Sequence record: SRR31156797_886
Direction: 5' to 3' (one strand)
Length of the DNA stretch: 64,000 bases
Position 1 is the first letter of the stretch. Each line of letters opens with the position of its first letter. The position numbers were made by a program, and so were the translations under genes. The notes beneath the pieces are model-generated. The model made no database searches, had not been told where the DNA came from, and saw only the letters and a list, made by a program, of their open reading frames with translations. Of the stretch, positions 37,505-46,358 are shown one piece after another.

Positions 37505-38680
37505 ATGCCATATCCCTACAATCCACCTGACTACTTTCAAATTGATGAGTTGCTGAATGATGAACACAAAATTATTCGATCAGCTATTCGCGATTACATC
37601 ACCCGATCCATTGTCCCGATTATTGATGAGGCAGCACATAATCACGAGTTTCCGGTTAAAATCATAAAAGAGCTTGGTGGATTAGGCGTGTTCGGCCCGT
37701 TTATTCCAGAGGAATATGGTGGTGCCGGTATGGACCACATTGCCTATGGTGTTATCATGACCGAACTTGAACGCGGTGATTCAGGCATCCGGTCCACGGC
37801 TTCTGTACAAACTTCGCTGGTCATGTACCCGATCTTTACTTTTGGAAGCGAGGACCAAAAACGAAAATACCTGCCAAAGCTGGCCGAAGGAGAGCTGGTG
37901 GGTTGTTTCGGATTAACAGAACCCAACCATGGTTCTGACCCGGGCAGCATGGAAACCCGAATTCGGGATATGGGGGATCATTACCTGCTTAATGGTGCCA
38001 AAATGTGGATCACCAACAGCTCCATCGCCGATATCGCCATAGTTTGGGCCAAGGATGAACAGGGCAAGGTTAGGGGTATGATTGTAGAAAAAGATTGGTC
38101 AGGCTATTCAGCCCCTGAAACCCACAACAAATGGTCGTTGCGGGCTTCCTTAACAGGAGAGTTGGTTTTTGACGATGTAAAAGTTCCGAAAGAAAATGTA
38201 TTCCCGGGAATATCAGGACTGAAGGGGCCATTGATGTGCCTCAACTCAGCGCGCTATGGAATTGCATGGGGTGCCATTGGTGCTGCCATCGATTGTTACA
38301 ACACAGCCCTGCAGTATGCCTTGGAGCGCAGACAATTTGGAAAACCCATTGCATCCTTTCAGCTTCAGCAGAAAAAACTGGCTGAAATGCTTACCGAGAT
38401 CACTAAAGCCCAGTTGCTGGCATGGCGGCTTGGAACCCTAAAAAATGCGGGCCATATCACCCCTGCACAAATTTCGATGGCCAAACGCAACAATGTTGAC
38501 ATGGCCCTCAAAGTTGCCCGTGAAGCCAGACAGGTGCTTGGTGCCATGGGAATCACCGGGGATTTCCCCATCATGCGGCACATGATGAACCTCGAATCGG
38601 TGATTACTTATGAAGGCACCCACGACATCCACCTGCTGATCACGGGACAGGATATTACAGGGATTGAGTCATTCCACTGA
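37505..38680 (+). CDS. gcdH: Acyl-CoA dehydrogenase, glutaryl-CoA dehydrogenase-like
   Basis: Motifs ELERGDSG, GCFGLTEPNHGSDP, GAKMWITN, RRQFGKP and NLESVITYEGTHDIH. Confidence 0.85.
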   Translation: MPYPYNPPDYFQIDELLNDEHKIIRSAIRDYITRSIVPIIDEAAHNHEFPVKIIKELGGLGVFGPFIPEEYGGAGMDHIAYGVIMTELERGDSGIRSTASVQTSLVMYPIFTFGSEDQKRKYLPKLAEGELVGCFGLTEPNHGSDPGSMETRIRDMGDHYLLNGAKMWITNSSIADIAIVWAKDEQGKVRGMIVEKDWSGYSAPETHNKWSLRASLTGELVFDDVKVPKENVFPGISGLKGPLMCLNSARYGIAWGAIGAAIDCYNTALQYALERRQFGKPIASFQLQQKKLAEMLTEITKAQLLAWRLGTLKNAGHITPAQISMAKRNNVDMALKVAREARQVLGAMGITGDFPIMRHMMNLESVITYEGTHDIHLLITGQDITGIESFH

Positions 38681-38758
38681 TTAAATGCTAACAGCTCACC
38701 TGCAGAATTGAATATTTCATACTTTTGCGCCCGTTTTATCACCTTATTTATCATTCAG

Positions 38759-39481
38759 ATGAAAGAACTCATTCGCCATATATTGATTACTCTTCAACTT
38801 CCGGTAACCAAAAACATTCACTACGACATTCTCACCAAAAAGCTGATGAAGAAAGTTTTAAAACCTACGTCCAATTGCATCGACATTGGCGGTTTTAAGG
38901 GTGAGATTACGGATGAAGTTTTGAAGTTTTCGCCCAATGGTACCCACCATATTTTTGAGCCCATTCCGGATTTTTATCAGGCCATTGCAAAAAAATTCAA
39001 AAACACAACTTCAGTTCATGTCGTAAACCTGGCAGTTAGCGATCAAAAAGGCACATCCACTTTCAAATATGTTCCAAATTTCCCGGCATATAGTGGATTA
39101 AAAAAACGCGATTACCCGGATAATACAGCAGAAGTTAAGGAAATAGAGGTGAATACTGACCGCCTTGAAAATGTGATCCCGAAAAACCTAAAAATCGATT
39201 TCATAAAAATTGATGTTGAAGGTGCTGAATTTTTGGTGCTTTCAGGTGCAAGGGTAGTGATCGGAAAACACAACCCGGTTGTAGTTTTTGAATACGGATT
39301 GGGAGCGTCAGAATTTTACGGTACCACCCCGGAGATGATGTTCAATTTTTTCAAACAGCTGAACTACGGAATCTATCTCCTGGAAGATTTCATCAAAGAC
39401 AAATCCCCGCTCTCATTAGACGCTTTCAGCAAGCAATACCATGATAAACTGAATTACTATTTTGTGGCGGGTAGGAAATAA
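38759..39481 (+). CDS. FkbM family methyltransferase
   Basis: Motifs CIDIGGFKG, HIFEP and IDFIKIDVEGAEFLVLSGA. A TACTTTTG element at 38720-38727 supports the start at 38759. Confidence 0.9.
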   Translation: MKELIRHILITLQLPVTKNIHYDILTKKLMKKVLKPTSNCIDIGGFKGEITDEVLKFSPNGTHHIFEPIPDFYQAIAKKFKNTTSVHVVNLAVSDQKGTSTFKYVPNFPAYSGLKKRDYPDNTAEVKEIEVNTDRLENVIPKNLKIDFIKIDVEGAEFLVLSGARVVIGKHNPVVVFEYGLGASEFYGTTPEMMFNFFKQLNYGIYLLEDFIKDKSPLSLDAFSKQYHDKLNYYFVAGRK

Positions 39482-39523
39482 CAACAAGCTGCATTGAAAA
39501 TCGCAATCAGGCATTTTTTATTG

Positions 39524-40744
39524 TTAATCAGGTTCTTTCATTAAAAAATCATGTGCCGGATTAACCTCTATTCGAAATCCTTCTTCCTCAATTATATCCA
39601 TATCACCAAGCGTTACAATTTGAGCCTTATCAAAATTGAAAAACTTCATGGCTTCGATCAAACCGGCAACTTCGCGGTCTACATTGTCAGGGGTTAATTC
39701 ATAACATACCTGGATGAGTGCTTTGGGTGAGCCGTTTTTAAAAACTACAAAATCGCATTCTCCCCGATCGCTGAAATAATAGAGTTCCTTGTATTTACGC
39801 CGCAATTGAAGGTAAACCAGATTCTCCAGTTTTCTGCCCTTGCCTTCGGTTTTGCTCACCGACATAGCGTACCCAAGACCTGTATCAATGGCGTAGACCT
39901 TTCGGGGGTTTATTAGTTGTGCTTTGGAGGAATAACTAAACATTGGCAAAAAGCCAAACAGATAAGCATGCTCCAGGTATGACATCCAGCTAAGTACTGT
40001 GCTGGTTGCCCCTATCGATAAAGGTTGTTTTAGTTTTGTGGCTGAAATTCGATTTCCAATGTTGGCCAACAGGTAGTTTGCCAGGCGCTTCAGGCTAACT
40101 TTATCCTTTATTCCGTATCTGGCAACTATGTCTCGCATCAGTATATCATCATACAACATCAACAGTTGTTCTGGTGCTTCGCTTTTTAAAAATTCAGGAA
40201 ATCCACCCAGCCTCAAATATGTTTCAAGGCTTTCCTTTCCTGGTTGAAGCGAACGAAATCTTAAAAATTCAACATAAGAAAATGGGAATAGCTCCTGTGT
40301 AATATGTCTTCCGGTGAGACGGGTCCCCAATTCTTCTCCCAGCATAGCAGCATTCGAACCGGTGACGACAACCCTGAAATTTTCATCCAACTTTTGACGA
40401 ACATACATTTCCCAGCCTTCAACAAGTTGCATTTCATCAAAAAACAACAAATTGACTGCTGTTTTGTCTATCACTTTATCCAGTCGGGTAAAATCTCTGG
40501 CATTAAATCCATACAATTGTGGTGTATCGAAATTCAAGAAAAAGTAATCCGCTGTCTTCATCGATTCCATCATTTGTAACAAAAGGGTGCTCTTCCCGCA
40601 GCGCCGTATGCCTGAAATAATCAAAGCATGGGATGACAGGTTTCTTGTGGCAGGCTCAAAATTGCGCTTCAATCCTGAATCTTTCCCCTCAATAAGTATC
40701 CGCTGTTTTTCCGTAACTTGCTGTATTTCGCTTTCAAGTATCAT
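39524..40744 (-). CDS. AAA+ ATPase (AAA_14 plus DUF4143)
   Basis: Walker A GIRRCGKST, Walker B FFDEMQ, and VTGSN, GGFPE, KVYAIDTG, LENLV, ECDFV...IQVC. Confidence 0.9.
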   Translation of the reverse strand: MILESEIQQVTEKQRILIEGKDSGLKRNFEPATRNLSSHALIISGIRRCGKSTLLLQMMESMKTADYFFLNFDTPQLYGFNARDFTRLDKVIDKTAVNLLFFDEMQLVEGWEMYVRQKLDENFRVVVTGSNAAMLGEELGTRLTGRHITQELFPFSYVEFLRFRSLQPGKESLETYLRLGGFPEFLKSEAPEQLLMLYDDILMRDIVARYGIKDKVSLKRLANYLLANIGNRISATKLKQPLSIGATSTVLSWMSYLEHAYLFGFLPMFSYSSKAQLINPRKVYAIDTGLGYAMSVSKTEGKGRKLENLVYLQLRRKYKELYYFSDRGECDFVVFKNGSPKALIQVCYELTPDNVDREVAGLIEAMKFFNFDKAQIVTLGDMDIIEEEGFRIEVNPAHDFLMKEPD

Positions 40745-40858
40745 AATTCATATTTATTTGATACAAAAATACAATTTTGTTTGATAGTATCAAACATATT
40801 TGTAGTTTACCGGAATACAACATTATAAAGAACTCACTGAAAGTGTTTTATAAGCATT

Positions 40859-40885
40859 AAAAAACCCGGATTATCACCCGGGTTT
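40859..40885 (-). terminator. Intrinsic terminator after tonB
   Basis: Stem AAACCCGG / CCGGGTTT with a T-tract on the minus strand. Confidence 0.7.
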
Positions 40886-40904
40886 AATGGATTCTTTTCT
40901 CCGA

Positions 40905-41576
40905 TTATTGCAAAACAAATTTTACCGGCATTACAAATCTTGTATTCACCGGTACGCCCTTCCGAATGCCAGGATTCCAATTGGGCATCATTCTGCCAAC
41001 ACGCAGTGCTTCTTCATCAAGTATGCTGCCGGCACTTCGCAATACTGACACATCTCTGATAGTTCCATCCTTGCCAACTATAAATCCGAGATAAACAGTT
41101 CCGCTCATATTGATCTCCACCGCACCACGTGGGTACCTGACATTGGCCATAAGCCAGGCAATTCTTGCAGGCTCACCACCCGGAAACTCAGGATATACAT
41201 CGACCTGCTCATACACATCTTCATCAACTTCCGGTTCATCCGGAATCTGGATGTTGTAGGTTTCCATTTCTGTAAACGGGGTATCCTCCACATCGATAAA
41301 AATTTCGGTGTCAATTTTAACATCATCATCCCGGATGATGAAGATAATTGGAGGTGCAGGAGGCCTTGGCATTTCTTGTTTTTGAATGGTTGATGGGATC
41401 ACTTCCTCGATTTCCCCTGAAATTGGAATGGGGAGTGTGCAGATATGGCTGTTATCCTTTTCCACTTTATAATTAAATGCAACAAGGGCAGCAGAAATGG
41501 TGATGATCAGGCCAATCTCAAATAATATGAAACGGCCTCTTTCGGGGAGGAACGACTTGCTTTTGTTGTAGCTCAT
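40905..41576 (-). CDS. tonB: Energy transducer TonB
   Basis: N-terminal TM segment, Pro-rich linker, and PEFPGG...VRYP...GTVYLGFIV...LDEEALRV...WNPG C-terminal domain. Confidence 0.9.
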   Translation of the reverse strand: MSYNKSKSFLPERGRFILFEIGLIITISAALVAFNYKVEKDNSHICTLPIPISGEIEEVIPSTIQKQEMPRPPAPPIIFIIRDDDVKIDTEIFIDVEDTPFTEMETYNIQIPDEPEVDEDVYEQVDVYPEFPGGEPARIAWLMANVRYPRGAVEINMSGTVYLGFIVGKDGTIRDVSVLRSAGSILDEEALRVGRMMPNWNPGIRKGVPVNTRFVMPVKFVLQ

Positions 41577-41834
41577 GTTTGGATTGATTTAAGTTAGTAA
41601 ATAATGAACTGATCAGGTACCGGGAAAACGGAGACCTGTTGCCTGAAATTTCAGGATTTCAGTGAGAAGCAGGTTTGAATAAGTTTTCGGTGAGGACACA
41701 TGGTACAAAGCGCTGAGAGCTTAGCGCATAGCGCAGTCAGCGTTGCAGAAAGATTAGAGGAATTCTTTACTAAAAATGTGTGGCTGGATATTATTTTGAC
41801 AGGAGTAAAATCAGCACCGGCGTTTGACTAATGG

Positions 41835-42614
41835 CTAAAATTTATTATATCGCTTCCCGAAAGTAAAACAAACATATCCATTAAAAAAGCACTGATGCTT
41901 GTCGCGGAAAGCCATGATGGGGATGGGGATGGCATAAACATCAAAGGTCAGTCCAACTTCCAATGCCTTGATGCTGGTTTTATACTGACCGAATTCAAAA
42001 TTCAATCCAATCTTGGCATAAGCTCCCGGATGTAATTTGGTTTCATCAATACCATCAAGAAATGGTGCCCTGCCATAAATATTTTCGGCAAAATGCTTCT
42101 CCGGATCATACTTTTGAGATTGTATGTTAATATAGCTCGGGTCGGTAAAAACGTATAAATAAATGGGTTTGGCAATGCCCAGGCTTAAACCACCGTAATA
42201 GGTAAACCTCACTTCGACCCCTCCCCAATACGGTTTGGTGTTCAACCGGTGTTGCCTCCCAAGGCCGGTCCTGAGATCGTAAACTTTGTTGAGTTTCCCG
42301 AAAACGAAACTGTGTGCATTACTGTTGTAGGCACTTCGGCTAACCCGAACCTGCTTATCGCCCTTTATTCCAAAAAGCTCGACTTCCCAAAGGTTCTTTT
42401 TAAATGCATTTTCGTTAAAGCCTTTCCTGAAAACAAATCCCCATCCACGGAAGTTGAGCATCGCCCCTCCCATGAGTTCTTTTTTCAGGATTACTTTATT
42501 GAGGATGGTGTCGATTTCTTCAAACTGCACATCATCCTGATTCTGGGTAACGGCCTGGATGCCAATTCCCATGAGGATGATCAAAAGCGCTATTTTGAAA
42601 AAATTCTTCATCAA
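41835..42614 (-). CDS. Conserved hypothetical secreted/outer-membrane protein
   Basis: Signal peptide, beta-strand-rich sequence, FVFGKLN motif and C-terminal FTFGKRY. Confidence 0.7.
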   Translation of the reverse strand: MMKNFFKIALLIILMGIGIQAVTQNQDDVQFEEIDTILNKVILKKELMGGAMLNFRGWGFVFRKGFNENAFKKNLWEVELFGIKGDKQVRVSRSAYNSNAHSFVFGKLNKVYDLRTGLGRQHRLNTKPYWGGVEVRFTYYGGLSLGIAKPIYLYVFTDPSYINIQSQKYDPEKHFAENIYGRAPFLDGIDETKLHPGAYAKIGLNFEFGQYKTSIKALEVGLTFDVYAIPIPIMAFRDKHQCFFNGYVCFTFGKRYNKF

Positions 42615-42666
42615 AAATAACAGGTGGGTAGACCTTTATATTTAAACCTGCTTTCACCAGCTGAAA

Positions 42667-42801
42667 TTATCTGCGCACTTCCTGCTGATACTTTTTTACT
42701 TCTCCGTATGCTGAGCATTCAGTGGATTTGCAGGATGTAATTGCTGAGCTGAACAATACGACTGCCGCTACCAGTGACAAAACTTTAATTACTTTTTTCA
42801 T
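42667..42801 (-). CDS. 44-aa small lipoprotein (not in the ORF track)
   Basis: MKKVIKVLSLVAAVVLFSSAITSCKSTECSAYGEVKKYQQEVRR* has a basic N-terminus, hydrophobic core, lipobox ITSC and a CxAY motif. Confidence 0.8.
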   Translation of the reverse strand: MKKVIKVLSLVAAVVLFSSAITSCKSTECSAYGEVKKYQQEVRR

Positions 42802-42941
42802 ACTTTTACGCTTCCAATTTTATTAACGCACAACCCGTCAAAAGGTTGGCATGCATATTTAAATTTGTCTAATTAACTGAATTTTAACCAATATATTGCC
42901 GGAAAAAAGCAGCTTTCCGGCCAGCAAAATTAAAGTAAAAT

Positions 42942-43619
42942 ATGGCAGCGGTAAACCCGGTGATTGAGGAAAGCTGGAAACAACGGCTTTCAGATGAATT
43001 CTCGGCTTCCTATTTTTTACAACTGAAAACGTTTTTAGTTGAAGAAAAAAGCCAGCATAAAGTTTACCCTCCCGGCTCGCAAATTTTCAACGCATTTAAT
43101 TTCACGCCATTTGAACGGGTAAAAGTAGTGATCCTAGGTCAGGATCCTTACCACGGACCCGGACAAGCTCACGGGCTTTGCTTTTCAGTACCTGACGGTA
43201 TCAGGCAGCCACCATCACTGCAAAATATTTTTAAAGAGATCAGTCAGGATTTGGGTTTCCCGATCCCATCAAGCGGCAACCTCGAAAAATGGGCTAAACA
43301 AGGCGTTTTATTACTCAATGCAACACTTACAGTCAGGGCACGTCAGGCAGGTTCACACCAAAATAAAGGCTGGGAGCAATTCACCGATAACGCCATAAAA
43401 AAGCTTTCAGAGGAAAGGAACAACCTTGTTTTTCTGCTTTGGGGCAATTATGCCATTGCCAAAAAAGAACTGATCGATGATTCGAAACATTTGATCCTAA
43501 CATCACCACATCCCTCACCGTTTTCTGCCAACAGGGGTTTTTTTGGAAACAGGCATTTTTCAAAAACAAACAATTACCTCAAAGAAAATGGCATTGAGGA
43601 AATTGATTGGCAGGTTTGA
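42942..43619 (+). CDS. ung: Uracil-DNA glycosylase (family 1)
   Basis: Motifs ILGQDPYH, GLCFSV, PPSL, GVLLLN and HPSPFS. Confidence 0.97.
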   Translation: MAAVNPVIEESWKQRLSDEFSASYFLQLKTFLVEEKSQHKVYPPGSQIFNAFNFTPFERVKVVILGQDPYHGPGQAHGLCFSVPDGIRQPPSLQNIFKEISQDLGFPIPSSGNLEKWAKQGVLLLNATLTVRARQAGSHQNKGWEQFTDNAIKKLSEERNNLVFLLWGNYAIAKKELIDDSKHLILTSPHPSPFSANRGFFGNRHFSKTNNYLKENGIEEIDWQV

Positions 43620-43703
43620 GCATATGCCAGATTCGGATTGTAAATCCATTAAAAGGAAAGAAGAAATTTTTCAGATAATAAATATTCATTCAAAACCATT
43701 AAG

Positions 43704-44171
43704 ATGAAAAGAAACTCAGGAATTTGCATAGCAGTGATAGCACTGTTTTTCGCAGCATTTATTTCCATTCCGGCCCAGGCCCAGGTGAAAGCCGATGATG
43801 TAACCGGTATATGGCTTAACGAAGATGAAGATGCCCATATCAAAATCATCAACAAGGATGGGAAATATTTTGGAAATATTGTTTGGCTGAAAGACCCGAT
43901 AGATGAAGATACCGGAGAAGCCAAACTCGATGACGAGAACCCGGATCCTGAACTGCAAAAAAGACCTGTTATGGGCCTTGAACTGCTTTCAAATTTTGAG
44001 TTTGATGGCGATGACGAATGGGAGGATGGTGACATCTACGATCCCAAAAGCGGTAAAACCTACAGTTGCTATATGGAGTTTACCGATAAAACCAAAAACA
44101 AACTCAAAGTGCGCGGGTATATCGGCGTGTCTTTGCTTGGCAGAACAACTTACTGGACAAGGGTTGAATGA
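43704..44171 (+). CDS. DUF2147 domain secreted protein
   Basis: Motifs GNIVWL, DDENPDP, IYDPKSGKTY and VRGYIGVSLLGRTTYWTR. Confidence 0.9.
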   Translation: MKRNSGICIAVIALFFAAFISIPAQAQVKADDVTGIWLNEDEDAHIKIINKDGKYFGNIVWLKDPIDEDTGEAKLDDENPDPELQKRPVMGLELLSNFEFDGDDEWEDGDIYDPKSGKTYSCYMEFTDKTKNKLKVRGYIGVSLLGRTTYWTRVE

Positions 44172-44189
44172 TCATTAAAATTCCGGATT

Positions 44190-44780
44190 ATGAAGTATGC
44201 AATAACTGTAGATGAGTTTTTCGCGATGCACGAGAAATGGTTACCTGTCCTGGAAGTGCTCCGGGAAATCATGCTGGCTACCGAAATGGAAGAAACCCTG
44301 AAATGGGGTGCCCCGACTTACACCATTAAAAAGAAAAATGTGGTTGGCCTTGGGGCTTTTAAAAGTTATGCCGGCCTTTGGTTTTTCCAGGGGGCATTGC
44401 TAACAGACCCCAAAGGTTTACTTATTAATGCGCAGGAAGGCAAAACAAACGCACTCAGGCAGATGCGGTTTTCTTCCGTTGATGATCTGGACACCAATGT
44501 GATCAAGGATTATGTGCATGAAGCCATCCAAAACCAGAAAGCCGGCAGGGAAATCAAACCACCGGCAAAACGTGAATTTACCATTCCTGAGGAATTGCAG
44601 AAAGCCATGGATGAAGATGCTGAGTTGAAAGAGAAATTCGAAGCCTACAGCCACTCTCATCGCCGGGAATACGCAGAGTTTGTTGCCGAAGCTAAAAGGG
44701 CCGACACACGTATTCGCCGCCTCGAAAAAATCATCCCCATGATCAAAAGCAAAAAGGGGCTGAATGACAGGTATCGGTAG
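44190..44780 (+). CDS. YdeI/OmpD-associated family protein (DUF1801)
   Basis: Motifs LKWGAPTY, WFFQGALL and AKRADTRIRRLEK...GLNDRYR. Confidence 0.88.
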   Translation: MKYAITVDEFFAMHEKWLPVLEVLREIMLATEMEETLKWGAPTYTIKKKNVVGLGAFKSYAGLWFFQGALLTDPKGLLINAQEGKTNALRQMRFSSVDDLDTNVIKDYVHEAIQNQKAGREIKPPAKREFTIPEELQKAMDEDAELKEKFEAYSHSHRREYAEFVAEAKRADTRIRRLEKIIPMIKSKKGLNDRYR

Positions 44781-44948
44781 CAAACTGTCAAACAGTTGCA
44801 ATTACCCGAAAGAGATTTGCCAGCTCCGGTTGTTGTTAGCACCCCCAAAAGTAGCTCACAAAACAGTCTGACGGTTTAGTTCGCATTTTCAATGAAAAAT
44901 TTAACCCTATATTCCAGTTTTTGAAATTGTTTTTCACATATAAAATTC

Positions 44949-46352
44949 ATGAAATTAAATCAACAAATCAATTTTTTTACTGTATTGACCATCCTTTTAT
45001 CGATAACAGGTTGCTCATCCCATAAAGAAAACCAACCAAATATGACCACTACAAACGCCTATCTGCCTCAGGAATATGTGAAACTCAAACACCCCTACTG
45101 GAGTAAAAATGCTACAATTTATGAGGTGAATATCCGGCAGTTTACGCCGGAAGGTAATTTTGCGGCTTTCGAAAAACACCTTCCCAGGTTAAAAGATTTG
45201 GGTATCGACATCCTTTGGCTTATGCCCATTCATCCCATTGGCGAGAAAAATCGAAAAGGTGAAATGGGGAGCTACTATTCCGTAAAGGATTATTACGCTG
45301 TAAATCCCGAATTTGGGACCATGGAGGAATTCAAATCGCTGGTTAAGAAAATCCATGACATGGGCATGTATGTGATCATCGACTGGGTGGCCAATCATTC
45401 GGCCTGGGACTGCAATCTGGTGGATGAACACCCTGAATGGTACACCCGCACGCCGGAAGGAAACTTTCAGCCCACACCGTGGTACGACTGGAGCGATATC
45501 ATCGACTTCGACTACAACCATCCCGGTATTCGGGAATACATGACTGAAGTTTTGAAATTTTGGGTGAGGGAAACCAACATCGATGGTTATCGCTGCGATG
45601 TGGCCGGATTTATCCCGGTGGATTTTTGGGATAATGTGCGCAAGGAACTGGATCAGATTAAACCCGTTTTTATGCTCGCCGAGTGGGAATCGCGCGACCT
45701 GCACGCCCACGCATTTGATATGACTTACTCCTGGAGCCTTTGGGATAAGCTGCACAATGTGGCCACAGGAAAACAGGGCATGAATGTGCTGAACGAATAC
45801 ATGGCGCACCATGTGAATACTTTCCCCCGAAATGGCTACCGCATGACTTTCGTTGACAATCACGACAAGAACTCCTGGGAGGGAAACCCGTTCGCCAATT
45901 TTGGTGATGCCCTGGAAGCCTGTATGGTGATACAATGTACCGTAGAGGGCATGCCGCTTGTTTATTCCGGACAGGAAGCCGGCCTGAACCGTTCGCTCGC
46001 GTTTTTCGAAAAAGATGAGATTGAATGGGATGATCATCATTTTACTGATCTATACCGGACTATGTTAACCCTCAAACATGAAAACCAGGCCCTCTGGAAC
46101 GGCAAATATGGTGGTGTGATGCACAAAATTGAAAACAGCCACCCGGATGAGGTAATCTCATTTGCCCGTATGATGAATGGCGATGCAGTAGTAGTGCTGG
46201 TGAACTTTTCAGAGAAACCGGTAGAAGTTAAGCTGGACGGCGATTTTTATCATGGGCAATATAGAGACGTTTTTACCCAAAAGAGCGTTACGCTAAATGG
46301 TGACAATATTTTTAAACTCGACCGTTACGGCTATCTGGTACTTGAAAATTAA
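44949..46352 (+). CDS. GH13 alpha-amylase family lipoprotein
   Basis: Lipobox ITGC. Motifs IYEVNIRQ, LWLMPIHP, DWVANH, GYRCDVA, MLAEW and DNHD. Confidence 0.92.
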   Translation: MKLNQQINFFTVLTILLSITGCSSHKENQPNMTTTNAYLPQEYVKLKHPYWSKNATIYEVNIRQFTPEGNFAAFEKHLPRLKDLGIDILWLMPIHPIGEKNRKGEMGSYYSVKDYYAVNPEFGTMEEFKSLVKKIHDMGMYVIIDWVANHSAWDCNLVDEHPEWYTRTPEGNFQPTPWYDWSDIIDFDYNHPGIREYMTEVLKFWVRETNIDGYRCDVAGFIPVDFWDNVRKELDQIKPVFMLAEWESRDLHAHAFDMTYSWSLWDKLHNVATGKQGMNVLNEYMAHHVNTFPRNGYRMTFVDNHDKNSWEGNPFANFGDALEACMVIQCTVEGMPLVYSGQEAGLNRSLAFFEKDEIEWDDHHFTDLYRTMLTLKHENQALWNGKYGGVMHKIENSHPDEVISFARMMNGDAVVVLVNFSEKPVEVKLDGDFYHGQYRDVFTQKSVTLNGDNIFKLDRYGYLVLEN

Positions 46353-46358
46353 ATCTAC

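Noticed and set aside
39524-40744. AAA_14/DUF4143 ATPase as a defence system
   Set aside because: It is a solitary member of a widespread family with no adjacent effector or defence genes.
45189-46040. 283-aa antisense ORF, and similar ones at 9577-10299, 20764-21351 and 62454-63170
   Set aside because: These are shadow ORFs opposite well-supported genes, with no recognisable motifs.
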